From assembly GCF_000014785.1 (NCBI RefSeq), contig NC_008340.1:540001-572000 (forward strand): DNA of 32,000 nucleotides, written 5' to 3'. This document shows, one piece after another, positions 31,349 through 32,000 of this stretch; positions within the stretch are counted from its first letter, which is position 1, and every line of letters begins with the position of its first letter. Origin of the DNA: Alkalilimnicola ehrlichii MLHE-1 (GTDB taxonomy: Bacteria > Pseudomonadota > Gammaproteobacteria > Nitrococcales > Halorhodospiraceae). The position numbers and the translations under genes are program-made. The notes beneath the pieces are model-generated. The model was not told where the DNA came from, ran no database searches, and worked only from the letters and a program-made list of their open reading frames with translations.

Positions 31349-31648
31349 TCAGGCCACGCGCCGGGCGTGGGCCTCGTTGCTGGCCTCGCCGTGGGCATTC
31401 ACCGCGCGCAGGGTGTGCTCGTCGTACTGGTCCGGTCGGGGTTGCTCCTCCACCGGCAGCACCTGGCCGCGCCGGCCCAGCAGTCGGGCGAGTTTGCCCC
31501 GGATCCCACGCAGCATCTCGCGCAGCACGACGGCGCGCTGTTCGGCCATGGCCTGTTGCATCCAGGCTTGGCGCTCCGCCTCGGTCATCCGCGCGAGCCG
31601 CTCGCAGGTCAGGGTCACCCGATCCAGATCACGTACCATTTCAGCCAT
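31349..31648 (-). CDS. Small hypothetical protein
   Basis: 99 aa ORF MAEMVRDLDRVTLTCERLARMTEAERQAWMQQAMAEQRAVVLREMLRGIRGKLARLLGRRG; charged helical composition, no family recognised. Confidence 0.45.
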   Translation of the reverse strand: MAEMVRDLDRVTLTCERLARMTEAERQAWMQQAMAEQRAVVLREMLRGIRGKLARLLGRRGQVLPVEEQPRPDQYDEHTLRAVNAHGEASNEAHARRVA

Positions 31649-31937
31649 ACCGCACCTCCTGAAGACGTATCGTCGTCGCGACGATCGTCACACCCGTCGA
31701 TTGAAAAAGCCGATAACTGTGCTTCCGCAACACCCGTGCCGGGTGTGCCGCCCGGAGGCCTCCGGGCCAGTCGTTGTCTGGTGTTGATGTCCGGCGCCGG
31801 AAGGCGGCCTGGAGCGCGGGGTGCCCTGGGATGGACTCCGTCTCTCAACGTTGGCTGTATGGTAAGACCACGCACCATGACGGGGCAATGGCCGTAAGCC
31901 CCAAAAATGATTGAAGGTTTTTATGGTTCGAAGGGGG

Positions 31938-31995
31938 CCGTCGGGCTAAGGCTGATGGATCCGGAAGGAGGGGGCCGTCAGCCTTGGCCCGACGG
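31938..31995 (+). repeat. 20-bp stem hairpin near window end
   Basis: CCGTCGGGCTAAGGCTGATG (31938-31957) pairs with CGTCAGCCTTGGCCCGACGG (31976-31995): 18 Watson-Crick and 2 G-U pairs as + strand RNA, 18-nt loop GATCCGGAAGGAGGGGGC. Confidence 0.75.
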
Positions 31996-32000
31996 AGGGG

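Overview
The window is GC-rich gammaproteobacterial-type chromosome. About 0-18.7 kb is accessory; about 18.8-32 kb is ordinary housekeeping sequence. The accessory half starts with a MbcA/ParS-like antitoxin (5' end cut) plus a RES-domain toxin. A copper-handling cluster follows: a His/Cys-rich small exported protein, a TolC-like lipoprotein with a His-rich tail, a multicopper oxidase, CopC and CopD. Next is a type I restriction-modification locus, hsdM-hsdS-[DUF262 remnant, internally deleted DarT, intact DarG]-hsdR-YgjP-like metallopeptidase. After it come a 92-nt nested palindrome, a DUF4236-like/DUF3320-like overlapping gene pair, and a Fic protein facing the other way with a perfect operator-like palindrome at its 5' end. 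The housekeeping half carries DUF3617, TlpA/LGT-like fusion, thpR, GlcG/HbpS-like, DUF3108, purN, purM, DUF2066, hda, DUF2069, WrbA-like, YihY, acyP, two tandem mono-haem cytochromes c, a divergent PP2C and a degenerate Memo-like protein. The window ends in a 20-bp hairpin. Best leads: (1) an in-frame, centrally deleted DarT next to an intact DarG inside the type I RM operon; (2) the translationally coupled DUF4236/standalone-DUF3320 pair in a defence-rich setting; (3) the 15359-15450 nested palindrome; (4) the Fic-adjacent palindrome. I found no convincing wholly new system, CRISPR array, tRNA or rRNA. All family names are from motif recognition, not database searches.
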